55,970 nucleotides of DNA from a bacterium (GTDB taxonomy: Bacteria; Patescibacteriota; Minisyncoccia; UBA6257; 2-01-FULL-56-20): positions 1 through 55,970 of the forward strand of contig JAJYDL010000001.1 of assembly GCA_021777495.1 (NCBI GenBank), in the 5' to 3' direction. Position 1 is the stretch's first letter, and every line of letters starts with the position of its first letter. The position numbers and the translations under genes are program-made. The notes below the pieces were generated by a model. It was not told the origin of the DNA, did no database searches, and saw only the letters and a program-made list of their open reading frames with translations. Shown here piece by piece: positions 19,477-29,178 of the stretch.

Positions 19477-20778
19477 TTACCGGTCCTGCGCGGCCCGTTC
19501 CTTTATCGCCCTTTCGAACATCTCCCGTTCGCTCCACGGCACCTTGGCGCCGCCGCGGATATGGATCCACTCCTCGCTCCCCTTCCCCGTCCCGATCACC
19601 ACGTCGCCTTCGCGCGCCATCGCGAACGCGGCGCGCACCGCCTCGGTGCGGTCCATCACGCTTCGCACGCGCGCGGCCTTCCCGGGATCGGCCTCCCGTA
19701 TCCCTTTCTCGATTTCGCCGAGGATCTCCGCGGGGTCTTCATCGTACGGATCTTCGTCCGTCAGTATGATCTCGTCGCACCATCGCGCCGCGGCGGCGCC
19801 CATCGCGGGGCGCTTCCATCTATCCCTGCCGCCGCCCGCGGCACCGAGAAGCGCGATGAGGCGCGGATGCGGATGCTCGGGCGTCGGCTTCGGCTTCACG
19901 GCGCGATACGCCGCTTCGAGCGAATCGGGGGTGTGGGCGTAATCCACGACGCCGGTGTAGCCGCCCTCCCGCACGAACTCCATGCGCCCCGGCACGCCGT
20001 TGAAATTGAGGATGGCGCGCTCGATCGCGGCATCATCCACGCCGAGGCGGCGCCCGATCGCCGCCGCGACGGCGATGTGCTCCTTATTGAAATCGCTCAA
20101 CAAAAATCCGTCTGGCACCTTTCCTTCCGATGCGCGGCGCGCGGCCTCGATCTGCGGCAGGCAATCTTTTATAAATTCGTCGTCCTTCGAATACCGCGCG
20201 GGCGCGGATGCGAGCGCATCGAAAAAGAAACCGAACTCGCGGTCGTCGCGGTTCAAAAAGACCTCGCCTCCTCCATTGACGACGTACCGCAGGAAGGAAA
20301 GCTTTGCGGCGCGATAATTCTCGTACGAGCCGTGCGCTTCGATATGCTCGGGGTGGAGATTCGTGAGCACGCCCATGTCCCATTTGACGAAGCGGTGCCG
20401 ATGCGCGGCGATGCCCTGGGACGTCACCTCGATGAGCGCGTATTCGCATTTCGCGCGGACCGCATTCCTCAGGAATCGCTGGATATAGGCCCTTCCCGGC
20501 ATCGAATTCCCCGTCCGGTTCTTTTCGCTCGCCTCCGCCGTCTTCGCGCGCAGCGAGGAAAGCAGCGCGGTCCTCTTCCCTGCGGCCTCAAGGATCGCGT
20601 TGATAAGTTCGAGGGTCGTCGTCTTCCCTTTCGTGCCCGTCACGCCGATCGTGAATATCTTCCTGCTCGGATTGCGGTATGCCGCGGCGCCGGTCCACGC
20701 CCATACGAAATGGTATGCGGACACGGCCCCGGGAAGGCCGTAGAACCACTTTGCGAACCGCGATCGTTTGATGTTCAT
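19477..20778 (-). CDS. murE: Mur ligase, MurE-like
   Basis: GVTGTKGKTTT, TNLHPEHIEAH, VDYAHTPDSL, GGRDRWKRPAMG. Confidence 0.88.
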   Translation of the reverse strand: MNIKRSRFAKWFYGLPGAVSAYHFVWAWTGAAAYRNPSRKIFTIGVTGTKGKTTTLELINAILEAAGKRTALLSSLRAKTAEASEKNRTGNSMPGRAYIQRFLRNAVRAKCEYALIEVTSQGIAAHRHRFVKWDMGVLTNLHPEHIEAHGSYENYRAAKLSFLRYVVNGGGEVFLNRDDREFGFFFDALASAPARYSKDDEFIKDCLPQIEAARRASEGKVPDGFLLSDFNKEHIAVAAAIGRRLGVDDAAIERAILNFNGVPGRMEFVREGGYTGVVDYAHTPDSLEAAYRAVKPKPTPEHPHPRLIALLGAAGGGRDRWKRPAMGAAAARWCDEIILTDEDPYDEDPAEILGEIEKGIREADPGKAARVRSVMDRTEAVRAAFAMAREGDVVIGTGKGSEEWIHIRGGAKVPWSEREMFERAIKERAAQDR

Positions 20779-20834
20779 ACGATTAGTATTCCCGCACGCC
20801 CCGCGTTCCGGTCGGAGCAATACGCGGAAGGGCG

Positions 20835-21428
20835 TCAGCGTTTTGCATTCGATCCAAGGAGCCGGAGCGCCGCCTTCAGCCGATCTTCGGTCCCCTTCAC
20901 TTCGGCGCCCACTTTCGCGATCGCCGCGCGCGCTTCCTCGCGCCGGTATCCCAGGCTTGCAAGCGCCTCGATGAGATCCGAATCGGTCTCCATCCTCTCC
21001 ACCACCGCGCCCGAACGGACGGATTCCACCTTCGCCTTGAGCTCGAGGATCACCCTCTCGGCCGTCTTTCTCCCTATGCCTGCCGCGCGGGTAAGAAGAT
21101 CGGGGCGGTTCTCTTTGATGGCCGCCGCAAGCTCTTCAAGAGGTCCCGTGTCGAGGATCGCGAGCGCCGATTTGGGACCCACGCCCGACACGCCGATGAG
21201 CATTCCGAAAAACTCGAGCTCGTCCTGCGATGCGAAGCCGTAAAGGTCCAGCGCATCCTCCTTCACGTGGAGATGGGAAAAGAGCCTGACGGACGCCTCG
21301 ACGCCCGCCGCCGGGAGCGCCGCGCGCGTCCCTTTGCTCACATAAAGCCGCAATCCCACGCCGCCCGCTTCCACCACCACGAAATTCTCCTCCTTGAGCG
21401 CAAGCACTCCCGAAACGCTGTAGATCAT
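20835..21428 (-). CDS. ruvA: Holliday junction branch migration protein RuvA
   Basis: HVKEDALDLYGF, VSGVGPKSAL, GIGRKTAERVILELK. Confidence 0.96.
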   Translation of the reverse strand: MIYSVSGVLALKEENFVVVEAGGVGLRLYVSKGTRAALPAAGVEASVRLFSHLHVKEDALDLYGFASQDELEFFGMLIGVSGVGPKSALAILDTGPLEELAAAIKENRPDLLTRAAGIGRKTAERVILELKAKVESVRSGAVVERMETDSDLIEALASLGYRREEARAAIAKVGAEVKGTEDRLKAALRLLGSNAKR

Positions 21429-21502
21429 AAGGATATTATATAAGCCCCGGGGCTTCCGGTATATCCCTTGCAAAAATCCCCGTTTCCTCTATAATAGTTC
21501 CC

Positions 21503-21778
21503 ATGCCGATAACCAGTTCAGCAAAGAAGGCTCTCCGCCAGAATACCACCCGCCGGAAGCGGAATGAGGCAAGAAAGGAGACGTATAAAAAAGCGGTGAA
21601 GGAATACCGCAAGCTCATCGTGGCCAAGAAGTTCGATGATGCCGCAAAAGCGTTTCCCGCGGTCTTCAAGGCGCTCGATAAGGCGGCCAAGACCAAGGTG
21701 ATCGAGAAGAACAAGGCAAGCCGCCTCAAATCGCGCCTCGCTCAGCTCACGAGCAGGTCCACCAAAGCCTCCTCGTAG
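21503..21778 (+). CDS. rpsT: 30S ribosomal protein S20
   Basis: MPITSSAKKALRQ...LDKAAK..VIEKNKASRLKSRL. Confidence 0.97.
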   Translation: MPITSSAKKALRQNTTRRKRNEARKETYKKAVKEYRKLIVAKKFDDAAKAFPAVFKALDKAAKTKVIEKNKASRLKSRLAQLTSRSTKASS

Positions 21779-22533
21779 TCTACCTTCCCCGATTTCACCG
21801 CCAGGTCATACTCCGCCATGTGCGGAGTTTTTTCTTGCCACTGCGCGGCAAGGATGTTGAATATCTTCGCCGGAGGATCCGCGAGGGCGAGCATCGATTC
21901 GAGCGCATAAAGGCGGTTCCTGAGATCGTAACTCTTGAGGCCGTTCATGAGCGCCCAATAATTGGGGGCGGTCTCGAGCCCCAATCCCCCGAGGTCGTCC
22001 TTCCCGATCGCGCCGCCGCGCCCGTCGGCGAGCGCCACGATCTTCTCGAGCTCCGTCACAAGGCCCCACGTATTCCCGTGAAACACATTCGCGAGAAACT
22101 GCGCCGCGGGAGGGGCGAGATCCACGCCGCGCTCCTTCGCCTCACTCTTCACGAACGCGGCCCACTCCGCCCCTTCGAGTATCCTGAACTCCTGGGCAAG
22201 CGCGGGCTTCTCGAGCAGGAACGCGAGGGCCTTCACCGGCTTTTCCCGTTCCGCAATGAGCACCGTAGCGTCCTTCGTCTCGAGGAACGGCCCGAGGAAC
22301 CTCGCGAACTGCTTCGCCTCGAGCTCGAACGCATTCGCGAGCACCGCAAGCCTCGGCGCATCGAAGAGCGACCGCGCCGCAAGGAATCGCGCCGCTTCCT
22401 CGGGCGCCGCCTTGTTTTCAAAATCAAATTCCGCGAGGCCGATATTCGATCTCTTTTTCACGAACTCATCCACGACCGCACGCCGCTTCGCGGTGCGCCG
22501 ATAGTCGTCCGGTCCGTACAGGAACACGATCAT
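21742..22533 (-). CDS. holA: DNA polymerase III delta subunit-like
   Basis: MIVFLYGPDDY, SLFDAPRLAVL, LVTELEK, DLAVKSG; convergent on rpsT. Confidence 0.8.
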   Translation of the reverse strand: MIVFLYGPDDYRRTAKRRAVVDEFVKKRSNIGLAEFDFENKAAPEEAARFLAARSLFDAPRLAVLANAFELEAKQFARFLGPFLETKDATVLIAEREKPVKALAFLLEKPALAQEFRILEGAEWAAFVKSEAKERGVDLAPPAAQFLANVFHGNTWGLVTELEKIVALADGRGGAIGKDDLGGLGLETAPNYWALMNGLKSYDLRNRLYALESMLALADPPAKIFNILAAQWQEKTPHMAEYDLAVKSGKVDYEEALVDLLVS

Positions 22534-22551
22534 ACTGTAAGAATAGGGGGT

Positions 22552-22560
22552 TTATCCACA
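22552..22560 (+). promoter_or_regulatory. DnaA-box consensus upstream of holA
   Basis: TTATCCACA. Confidence 0.5.
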
Positions 22561-22619
22561 AAATCAAATTGCCGCTGCGGTGGCGCGGATTTATCATAAA
22601 TAGCAGAGAGGAGTCCCCC

Positions 22620-22949
22620 ATGATCCCCTATACCCCCATCCCGGAAGAGATCCGTTCGGCCACCTTGCGCGACGTGTTCGCGTTGCACAACACCGCGCTC
22701 AATATCAGGCAGCATTTCCAGTTCGATAAAAGCTTTCAGAAGGTCGGCGCATGGATCAATCTCGGCTGTCCCAGGGCAAAATGGAACGAGATGAAGAAGG
22801 ATCTCCAGCACATCGCAGGCCGCCTGCGGAGCTTCGGCAATCTTTCCGAAAAAGAACGCGCCGCCATGCAGCGGCTCTTCGAGGAATCGATCAAACCCGA
22901 GCCCGATTTCCGGCGCATCCGGATATGCTGGTCCTACGTCGACATCTAG
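22620..22949 (+). CDS. Hypothetical protein
   Basis: GAGGAG RBS; 109 aa; hairpin terminator about 22962..23007. Confidence 0.6.
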   Translation: MIPYTPIPEEIRSATLRDVFALHNTALNIRQHFQFDKSFQKVGAWINLGCPRAKWNEMKKDLQHIAGRLRSFGNLSEKERAAMQRLFEESIKPEPDFRRIRICWSYVDI

Positions 22950-23010
22950 TTCCGCCCGCATCAAAAAACCGGCGATCGCCCACCCCTGTGACGATCGCCT
23001 TTTTCTTTCC

Positions 23011-24711
23011 CTATTTTTCCTTACGTCCGGCCTCCGCAGCGCCGATGAATTCCCGGAAGAGCGGACTTGGGCGCATAGGCCTCGATTTGAGCTCCGGGTG
23101 GAACTGCGTTCCCACGAAGAAGGGGTGTTCTTTTTTCGGAAGCTCCAGCACCTCCATCAGCCTCCGGGACGGGGACCGGCCGGAGAACACGGCGCCCGCG
23201 CGCTCGAGGCGCGCCACGAAGAGCGGATTCACCTCGAAACGATGCCTGTGGCGTTCGCTGATCTTCACCGTGCCGTAGGCCCGTTCGGCGATCGTGCCTT
23301 TTTTGAGGATCGCGGGATAGGCGCCGAGGCGCATCGTCGCGCCATATTTCTTCTCGGCCATAAGCTTCTTCTGCTCCGGCAGGATGTCGATGACGGGATG
23401 CTTCGTGCGGGGATCGATCTCCGTCGTGTTCGCATCCTTCCATCCGAGCACGTTCCGCGCGAACTCTATCGTGGCGAGCTGCATGCCGTAGCAAAGACCG
23501 AGATAGGGCATCTTCCTTTCGCGGCAATAGCGTATCGCCGCAAGCTTGCCTTCCACGCCCCGCGCGCCGAACCCCCCGGGTACGATCACGCCGTCGTACG
23601 CACCAAGCCCCTCAAGGTTCTCCGCGGCGACGGCCTCCGCCTTCGCAATGCTTTCCTTGGATGCGCCGCTCCCGATGCGCGGCTCGAAATCCTCCGAATC
23701 GATCCAGTGGATCCTCGGCTTCACCCCCCAATATGCCGCCGCATGCCGGACGGCTTCGATGACGGAAAGGTAGGAATCGGCGAGCACGAACCTGCCGCTC
23801 GAAAAATATTTCCCGACAATGCCGATGTCCACGGACCGCGTGGCGCCGTCCATGCGCTCGGTGAGCGCACGCCACTCCTTGAGGTCCCGTTTTGCGGCTT
23901 TAAGCCCCAGTTTTCCGAGAATGAGGTCGCCGAGGCGGTCCTTCTCGAAATTCAGGGGGATGTCATAGATGTCCGCCACGTCGGGCGCGGAGATGACGTC
24001 CTCCTCGCTCACGTTGCAGTTGAACGCGATCTTCTCCTTGCGCTTCGCGTCGATCGGATATTTCGCGCGCGCGAGGATGAAGTCGGGCTGAAGCCCCACC
24101 GCATTCAGCGCCCGGACCGCGTGCTGCGTCGGTTTGGTCTTCAGCTCGTTGTCGTCGTTCATGATCGGAAGATGGCTCACGAGGATCAGCACGACGTCCT
24201 TCGGCGATTTGATCTTCAGCATGCGCACGGCCTCGAGGAAAAGGATGTTCTCGTACTCTCCCGCAGTGCCTCCGATCTCCGTGATCGCGATCCGGGCCTT
24301 CGCGAGCTCCGCCGCCTTGCGGATCCGGTCGATCACCTCCATGGGGATGTACGGCACCACGCTCACCGAGCGCCCGCCGTAGCCCATGCTGCGCTCCCGC
24401 TCGATCACCGTCTTGTAGACGCTTCCCGTCGTCATATAATTCGCCCCCGAAAGATCCCTGTCGAGGAAACGTTCGTAGTTCCCCATGTCCTGGTCGCACT
24501 CCGTACCATCGTCCAAAACAAAAACCTCACCGTGTTCGGTGGGGTTCATGGTACCCGCGTCGACGTTGACGTACGGATCGATCTTGAGGGACGTGACCTC
24601 GATCCCGCGGGACTGCAGGATCTTCGCGATGGACGACGACGCCACCCCCTTGCCGACGCCCGACATCACTCCTCCCACTACGAAGATGAATTTCTGATCC
24701 GTGGAGGCCAT
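23011..24711 (-). CDS. pyrG: CTP synthase
   Basis: GGVMSGVGKG, KIDPYVNVDAGTM, GLCYGMQ, ERHRHRFE, QFHPE. Confidence 0.98.
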   Translation of the reverse strand: MASTDQKFIFVVGGVMSGVGKGVASSSIAKILQSRGIEVTSLKIDPYVNVDAGTMNPTEHGEVFVLDDGTECDQDMGNYERFLDRDLSGANYMTTGSVYKTVIERERSMGYGGRSVSVVPYIPMEVIDRIRKAAELAKARIAITEIGGTAGEYENILFLEAVRMLKIKSPKDVVLILVSHLPIMNDDNELKTKPTQHAVRALNAVGLQPDFILARAKYPIDAKRKEKIAFNCNVSEEDVISAPDVADIYDIPLNFEKDRLGDLILGKLGLKAAKRDLKEWRALTERMDGATRSVDIGIVGKYFSSGRFVLADSYLSVIEAVRHAAAYWGVKPRIHWIDSEDFEPRIGSGASKESIAKAEAVAAENLEGLGAYDGVIVPGGFGARGVEGKLAAIRYCRERKMPYLGLCYGMQLATIEFARNVLGWKDANTTEIDPRTKHPVIDILPEQKKLMAEKKYGATMRLGAYPAILKKGTIAERAYGTVKISERHRHRFEVNPLFVARLERAGAVFSGRSPSRRLMEVLELPKKEHPFFVGTQFHPELKSRPMRPSPLFREFIGAAEAGRKEK

Positions 24712-24753
24712 AACGCCTCTCAGTATACACGAGCATTTTCCGGACGACAAATC

Positions 24754-26103
24754 CTACACGAGGTCCGCCATTCCCATCTCGTGCTTCGGCACGAGTGCGG
24801 GGTCCGTCGGAATGGCGAACGAGATCGTCGTGCCGCGGCCGAGCTCCGATTCCGCCCAGATCTGCCCGCCGTGCGCCGCAACGATGCCTTTCGCGATATA
24901 AAGTCCGAGGCCGGAACCTTCCGTTTGCGCTTTTACCGCATTTCCTGCGCGGTAGAACTTTGTGAAAAGCTTCTTCAGATCCTCCTGCGGGATACCGATG
25001 CCCGTATCCCGCACGCTGACCACGAGATACGGCTTCCCCTGGAGGCGGTCCACCTTCACCGTCACCTCGCCGTTCTCCACGTTATAGCGAATGGCGTTCT
25101 CGAGGATGTTTGTGAGCGCAAGGGAAAGCTGCTTCGGATCGATCATCACCCTGGGAAGCTCCTCGGACGGGCGGTCAAGGTAGATTTTCACCCCTGCCTT
25201 GCGGGCCGCAGGAAGGACGCCTGCCAACACCCCGTTCACGTACTGCACGAGATCCGTATTTTCGAACGCATAACCCACCTGGCCGTCCTCCATCTTTGCG
25301 ATGCCGAGAAGGTCCTCGATGCGGGTAAGGAGATTCTGGCTCGCCGCCGCCGCGGTCGCCGCGATCATTTTTTCCGTTTCGGTGAGCTCCTGCGCCCGGG
25401 AAAGCGCCTGAAGCGCCCAATTGATGTCCGTCGCCGGGCCGCGCAGCTGATGCGACGCCACGGTGATGAAATCGCTCTTCGCGCGAAGCGCGGCGATCTG
25501 CGGCGTACGATCCCTCACGATCTTCACGAACGCATGCGTACGACCCGCGGCGTCGGACACCGGCTCCGTCGATATCCGCAGTTCGAGCTCCGGATCCGCA
25601 AGCGATACGTCCGCCACCTGGGGAAGCTCGCCCTCCCCGCTCCTCGGCATCACCCTCGGCGCGAGCGAAGGGAAGACCACCTGTGCAAGCGTCTTCCATC
25701 CGCCTTCGCCCTCGGCATCGCGCGGAGAGAGCACGTGGCCCATCGCGTCGGCGGCGGTGATCCCGAAAAGTTTTTCCGCGACATGATTGAAATAGGTGAT
25801 GCGGAAATCGGTCCCGTAGATGATGAGGGCGTCCTCGATCGCCCCAAGGAGGCTCCTCAGCTCGCCGTCGCCGCTCTCTACCTCCGCAAGAGGCGTGGCG
25901 CTCCTTTCGCGCATCCGCAGCGCCGTGATCGCGATGACCGCCATCGCAATAAGACTCGCTCCCTCGGCGGCCGCAAAAGGCAACGGCATCCTCGCCGCCG
26001 CCGCCACCCCCGCACCCGCCGCCGCCGCAAGAATGATGAGCCCGGCGGGAAGGATCCCGGGCGGCAACGCCCCTCTTTTAGATGTTTGCTTTATGGTATC
26101 CAA
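24754..26103 (-). CDS. Membrane sensor histidine kinase with PAS domain
   Basis: 2 TM, PAS, ASHQLRGP H-box, NAIRY, DTGIGI, GSGLGL; TTG start inferred from an upstream TATAAT. Confidence 0.92.
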   Translation of the reverse strand: MDTIKQTSKRGALPPGILPAGLIILAAAAGAGVAAAARMPLPFAAAEGASLIAMAVIAITALRMRERSATPLAEVESGDGELRSLLGAIEDALIIYGTDFRITYFNHVAEKLFGITAADAMGHVLSPRDAEGEGGWKTLAQVVFPSLAPRVMPRSGEGELPQVADVSLADPELELRISTEPVSDAAGRTHAFVKIVRDRTPQIAALRAKSDFITVASHQLRGPATDINWALQALSRAQELTETEKMIAATAAAASQNLLTRIEDLLGIAKMEDGQVGYAFENTDLVQYVNGVLAGVLPAARKAGVKIYLDRPSEELPRVMIDPKQLSLALTNILENAIRYNVENGEVTVKVDRLQGKPYLVVSVRDTGIGIPQEDLKKLFTKFYRAGNAVKAQTEGSGLGLYIAKGIVAAHGGQIWAESELGRGTTISFAIPTDPALVPKHEMGMADLV

Positions 26104-26132
26104 TATACTGATTATACTCCAAACGCCCCCTT

Positions 26133-27101
26133 TCAAAACAGGGTTTTTTGCCCCTCGGGATTGTTCCGTTTCCCCGTTCCACCCCCCCGCTTCCCCTCCG
26201 ACCCTCCCTCTCTTTCCCGCACCGGCGCCGCGTCGCCTTCGTAGATCCTTTTAAGGAGCGTTGCGAATCCCATGGTGATAAAATAATCCTCTATCTTCGG
26301 GTCCCGCAGGCCCGGGCACGGCGCAAGATCTTCCAATGCCGGCATCTCAAGCGGCACGTGGCGTTCGAGTATGACGAGGGACCGCGACCGCTCCGCCTCC
26401 TTTCTGAACGGCCCGATTTTCTTCTCCGCCTTCGGGTCCTCATTCATGTGCGCGAAGATCCCCTCGACCGACCCGTATTTTGCAAGAAGCTCCGCTGCGG
26501 TCTTCGGCCCCACCCCGGGCACGCCTTTGATGTTGTCCGATGCGTCGCCGACGAGTGCCTTGTAATCCACCATCTGTGCGGGCGTCACGCCGAACCGCTC
26601 CTTCACTGCCGCTTCGTCGTATATCGTCGTATCGCTCACGCCCTTGTTGAACGTCCTCACGGCGATCCGTCCATCCTCCACGAGCTGGAACGTATCCCTA
26701 TCGCCCGTAAGGATGACAACCATCACGTTCTCTTCCCGTTTGAATCGCTCCGCGAACGTCGCAATGAGGTCGTCCGCCTCGTATCCGGGCATCTCGAAGG
26801 TTCGTATGCCGAACACGGGGAAAAGCTTGTGCGCTTCGACGATCTGCGCAACAAGGTCGTCGGGCGCCGGCGGCCGCTGGGCTTTGTATTCCGCATACGC
26901 CTTCTCGCGGAACGTCGGCTCGGGCCTGTCGAAAAGCGCCGCCGCATAGTCCGGCCTCCCGTCGCGCCAGAGCTTCATGAGAATGCTCGCAATGCCGTAG
27001 ATCGCGCCGCTCGGCTTCCCGTCCGGCGTCGTGAACGGCGGCAACGCATGGAATGACCGGTGGATTATCGAATTCGCATCGATGAGCAGGAGCTGTTTCA
27101 T
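26133..27101 (-). CDS. Stand-alone 5'-3' exonuclease (PolA N-terminal domain)
   Basis: LLLIDANS, YEADD, TGDRD, GDASDNIKGVPGVGPKTA; no polymerase domain. Confidence 0.93.
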   Translation of the reverse strand: MKQLLLIDANSIIHRSFHALPPFTTPDGKPSGAIYGIASILMKLWRDGRPDYAAALFDRPEPTFREKAYAEYKAQRPPAPDDLVAQIVEAHKLFPVFGIRTFEMPGYEADDLIATFAERFKREENVMVVILTGDRDTFQLVEDGRIAVRTFNKGVSDTTIYDEAAVKERFGVTPAQMVDYKALVGDASDNIKGVPGVGPKTAAELLAKYGSVEGIFAHMNEDPKAEKKIGPFRKEAERSRSLVILERHVPLEMPALEDLAPCPGLRDPKIEDYFITMGFATLLKRIYEGDAAPVREREGGSEGKRGGGTGKRNNPEGQKTLF

Positions 27102-27574
27102 GTACGTCTTCCCTCTCTTATTGCAATGGTCCGCGACCCCTCCTCTTTCCCGTACCCGAATTTTATCCATGCGGCGCGGCGCGGTATCGCCTCCTTTATC
27201 CGCTCGCCCCACTCGACGAGAACGATGTTTTTCGGATCCCCAAGAAGCGCTTCAAATCCCAGCACGGGGAGATGCGATGCGTCCTTCAGGCGATACGCGT
27301 CCATATGGAACACGCTCTTCCGCGCCGCGCGCGCGGCATACCGCCGCATGATCACGAACGTGGGGCTCGGTGCCCGGCGGCGGACGCCCAGTCCCCGCAG
27401 GAACCCCTGCACGAACGTCGTCTTTCCCGCACCAAGCTCTCCGGAAAGCACCACAACGGCGGCGCCCTTATTGCCGGGGGTCGCCTTCAGAAATCCTTTC
27501 GAGAACGCCTCGCCGAGGCGCTTCGTCTCCTCCGAAGAGGAGGTGCGATACGTATTCGTTCTTTTTGACCGCAT
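27098..27574 (-). CDS. tsaE: tRNA threonylcarbamoyladenosine biosynthesis ATPase TsaE
   Basis: LSGELGAGKTTF, SPTFVIM, HMDAYRL, VEWGE. Confidence 0.95.
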   Translation of the reverse strand: MRSKRTNTYRTSSSEETKRLGEAFSKGFLKATPGNKGAAVVVLSGELGAGKTTFVQGFLRGLGVRRRAPSPTFVIMRRYAARAARKSVFHMDAYRLKDASHLPVLGFEALLGDPKNIVLVEWGERIKEAIPRRAAWIKFGYGKEEGSRTIAIREGRRT

Positions 27575-28127
27575 ATATGAATATGATCATCACGACCGCG
27601 CCGAGCCCGAGCGCCGAGATCACGGCAAATACGGGTCCCGGTCCCGGAGGCCCCACGGGGACGCCCGCTTCGTAGCGGGCCGGAGCGGCAACGCTCCCGA
27701 ACGCCGCGTTCGCGGAACCCGGCGTGGGATCCGTAAACACGAACATCCCCGTCGCGGCTCCTTCCTCGATGCGCGAAAAGCTTTTTCCTTCCGGCGCGGC
27801 GCCGTGAAACGCAGCCCTATCGACGGATGACCCGTCCGGACCATATAACAATACTGCCCCGTCCGTATTTTTGAAAGACGGGGCTCCCTCGCCGCGGGTC
27901 ACCACGAGATAGCCTCTTCCCGGAACGGTCCTTCCTCCGAGCGAAAACGCCTTTGTCCGCAACGGAACGATCGCTTCCCCCCGTTCCGGCGTCGTGGTTC
28001 CCGTACCCGTACCGATCGACCACCCGTCGAGGGGTATCGCGACAGCAGTGTCGTTGAAAAGTTCCGCAAACTCTCCCGCGGCGTCGGGACCCGCGGGATT
28101 GGGCAGCCATTCGTTGATGAGAACCAC
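27468..28127 (-). CDS. Lamin-tail-domain protein with C-terminal TM helix
   Basis: VLINEWLPNPAGPD..EFAELFN...LDGW...PTPG..N. Confidence 0.8.
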   Translation of the reverse strand: MVLINEWLPNPAGPDAAGEFAELFNDTAVAIPLDGWSIGTGTGTTTPERGEAIVPLRTKAFSLGGRTVPGRGYLVVTRGEGAPSFKNTDGAVLLYGPDGSSVDRAAFHGAAPEGKSFSRIEEGAATGMFVFTDPTPGSANAAFGSVAAPARYEAGVPVGPPGPGPVFAVISALGLGAVVMIIFIYAVKKNEYVSHLLFGGDEAPRRGVLERISEGDPRQ

Positions 28128-28178
28128 CGCTCCATCCTACTCCGTTCCGATCAATAAAAGCCGAAGAAGGCGTCCGCG

Positions 28179-29150
28179 TCAGAATACCCGCAGGAGAAGC
28201 TGTATGAGCACGAGACCGATGACGCCGAGGATGGCGACATAGGAGAACACGGATGCGTTCGGGTATCCGCTCTTGGGAACGGTCGTCGTGGGCGTGTACT
28301 CCTCGAGCCGTTCGTTCCCCGCGGCGTCGAACGCGCGCACCGCGATCGTATCGGTGAGCGATTGATCGGTGAGGAGATAGGGGCTGATCGCCCGCTTCCA
28401 ATCCCACTGGTCCTCCGGAAGCTTGAGATCGGAGGGCGGGATCTCGGCAATCTCGTAGTGATCGATGCCCGTCTGCTTGTCCACGGTCGAAAACGTGGCA
28501 AACCATTGATTATTGAAAAGCGAAGGGTCGCGATAGACGCCGATTGCGAAGGGCTCGGGCGGAACAGTATCGTCTTCGAGCGCCTTCTGCCAGGTATCCA
28601 CCGGCGCAAATTGTCCCTGGAGTATCTCCGCATATTTCGCGCCGGCGGTCGTAAGAGGCGCGATCGTTCCCTCGCCGTCGTTCAGCGTCGCCTGAGTGCC
28701 CGGAAGAAATGCGAGCAGTGCGCTCTCGGGAGCCGTCGAGGAGCCCGCGGCGGTCGATGTGGCGAAGCGGAAATAGATCGTCGCGAGCTTGTTGCTGAGC
28801 GAGGGATCTCCGGGGACGCGCCCGCAATATCCTCCGGGAAGCCCTCCCACGAACGAGATGATGCCGTACTGCGAATAGATCGTGGGGTTCTTGACCCACA
28901 TGGAGAATATGGAATCTCCGTCGCTTACGGCGACCGCCTGGAGGACGTCCGCGGGATATGCGATATCCACTTCGGCCGCATTGATGCATTGCGACGGGCC
29001 CGTATCGAGGCGGACGTCCACCGGGAACGTGACTCCCGGCGGATATTTGCCCGTTGCCGGATTGATATAGATCTGCGCCGCATGCGCAAAGAGAGGCATG
29101 ATGCCCGCATATACCATGGCTCCAAGAACGACCCCGACCCTCTTCTTCAT
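28179..29150 (-). CDS. Membrane-anchored cohesin-domain protein
   Basis: Signal peptide; F.VDVRLDT...INAAEVDIAYPADVLQAV; DTVPPEPF Ig-like domain; C-terminal TM. Confidence 0.8.
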   Translation of the reverse strand: MKKRVGVVLGAMVYAGIMPLFAHAAQIYINPATGKYPPGVTFPVDVRLDTGPSQCINAAEVDIAYPADVLQAVAVSDGDSIFSMWVKNPTIYSQYGIISFVGGLPGGYCGRVPGDPSLSNKLATIYFRFATSTAAGSSTAPESALLAFLPGTQATLNDGEGTIAPLTTAGAKYAEILQGQFAPVDTWQKALEDDTVPPEPFAIGVYRDPSLFNNQWFATFSTVDKQTGIDHYEIAEIPPSDLKLPEDQWDWKRAISPYLLTDQSLTDTIAVRAFDAAGNERLEEYTPTTTVPKSGYPNASVFSYVAILGVIGLVLIQLLLRVF

Positions 29151-29178
29151 ACCTAAAAGTATATCACACGAGGCGGCA

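Noticed and set aside
17623..26244. Very long plus-strand ORFs (17623..21243, 23098..26244; also 6070..8184)
   Set aside because: Antisense shadows of well-supported minus-strand genes in high-GC DNA; no protein-like motifs
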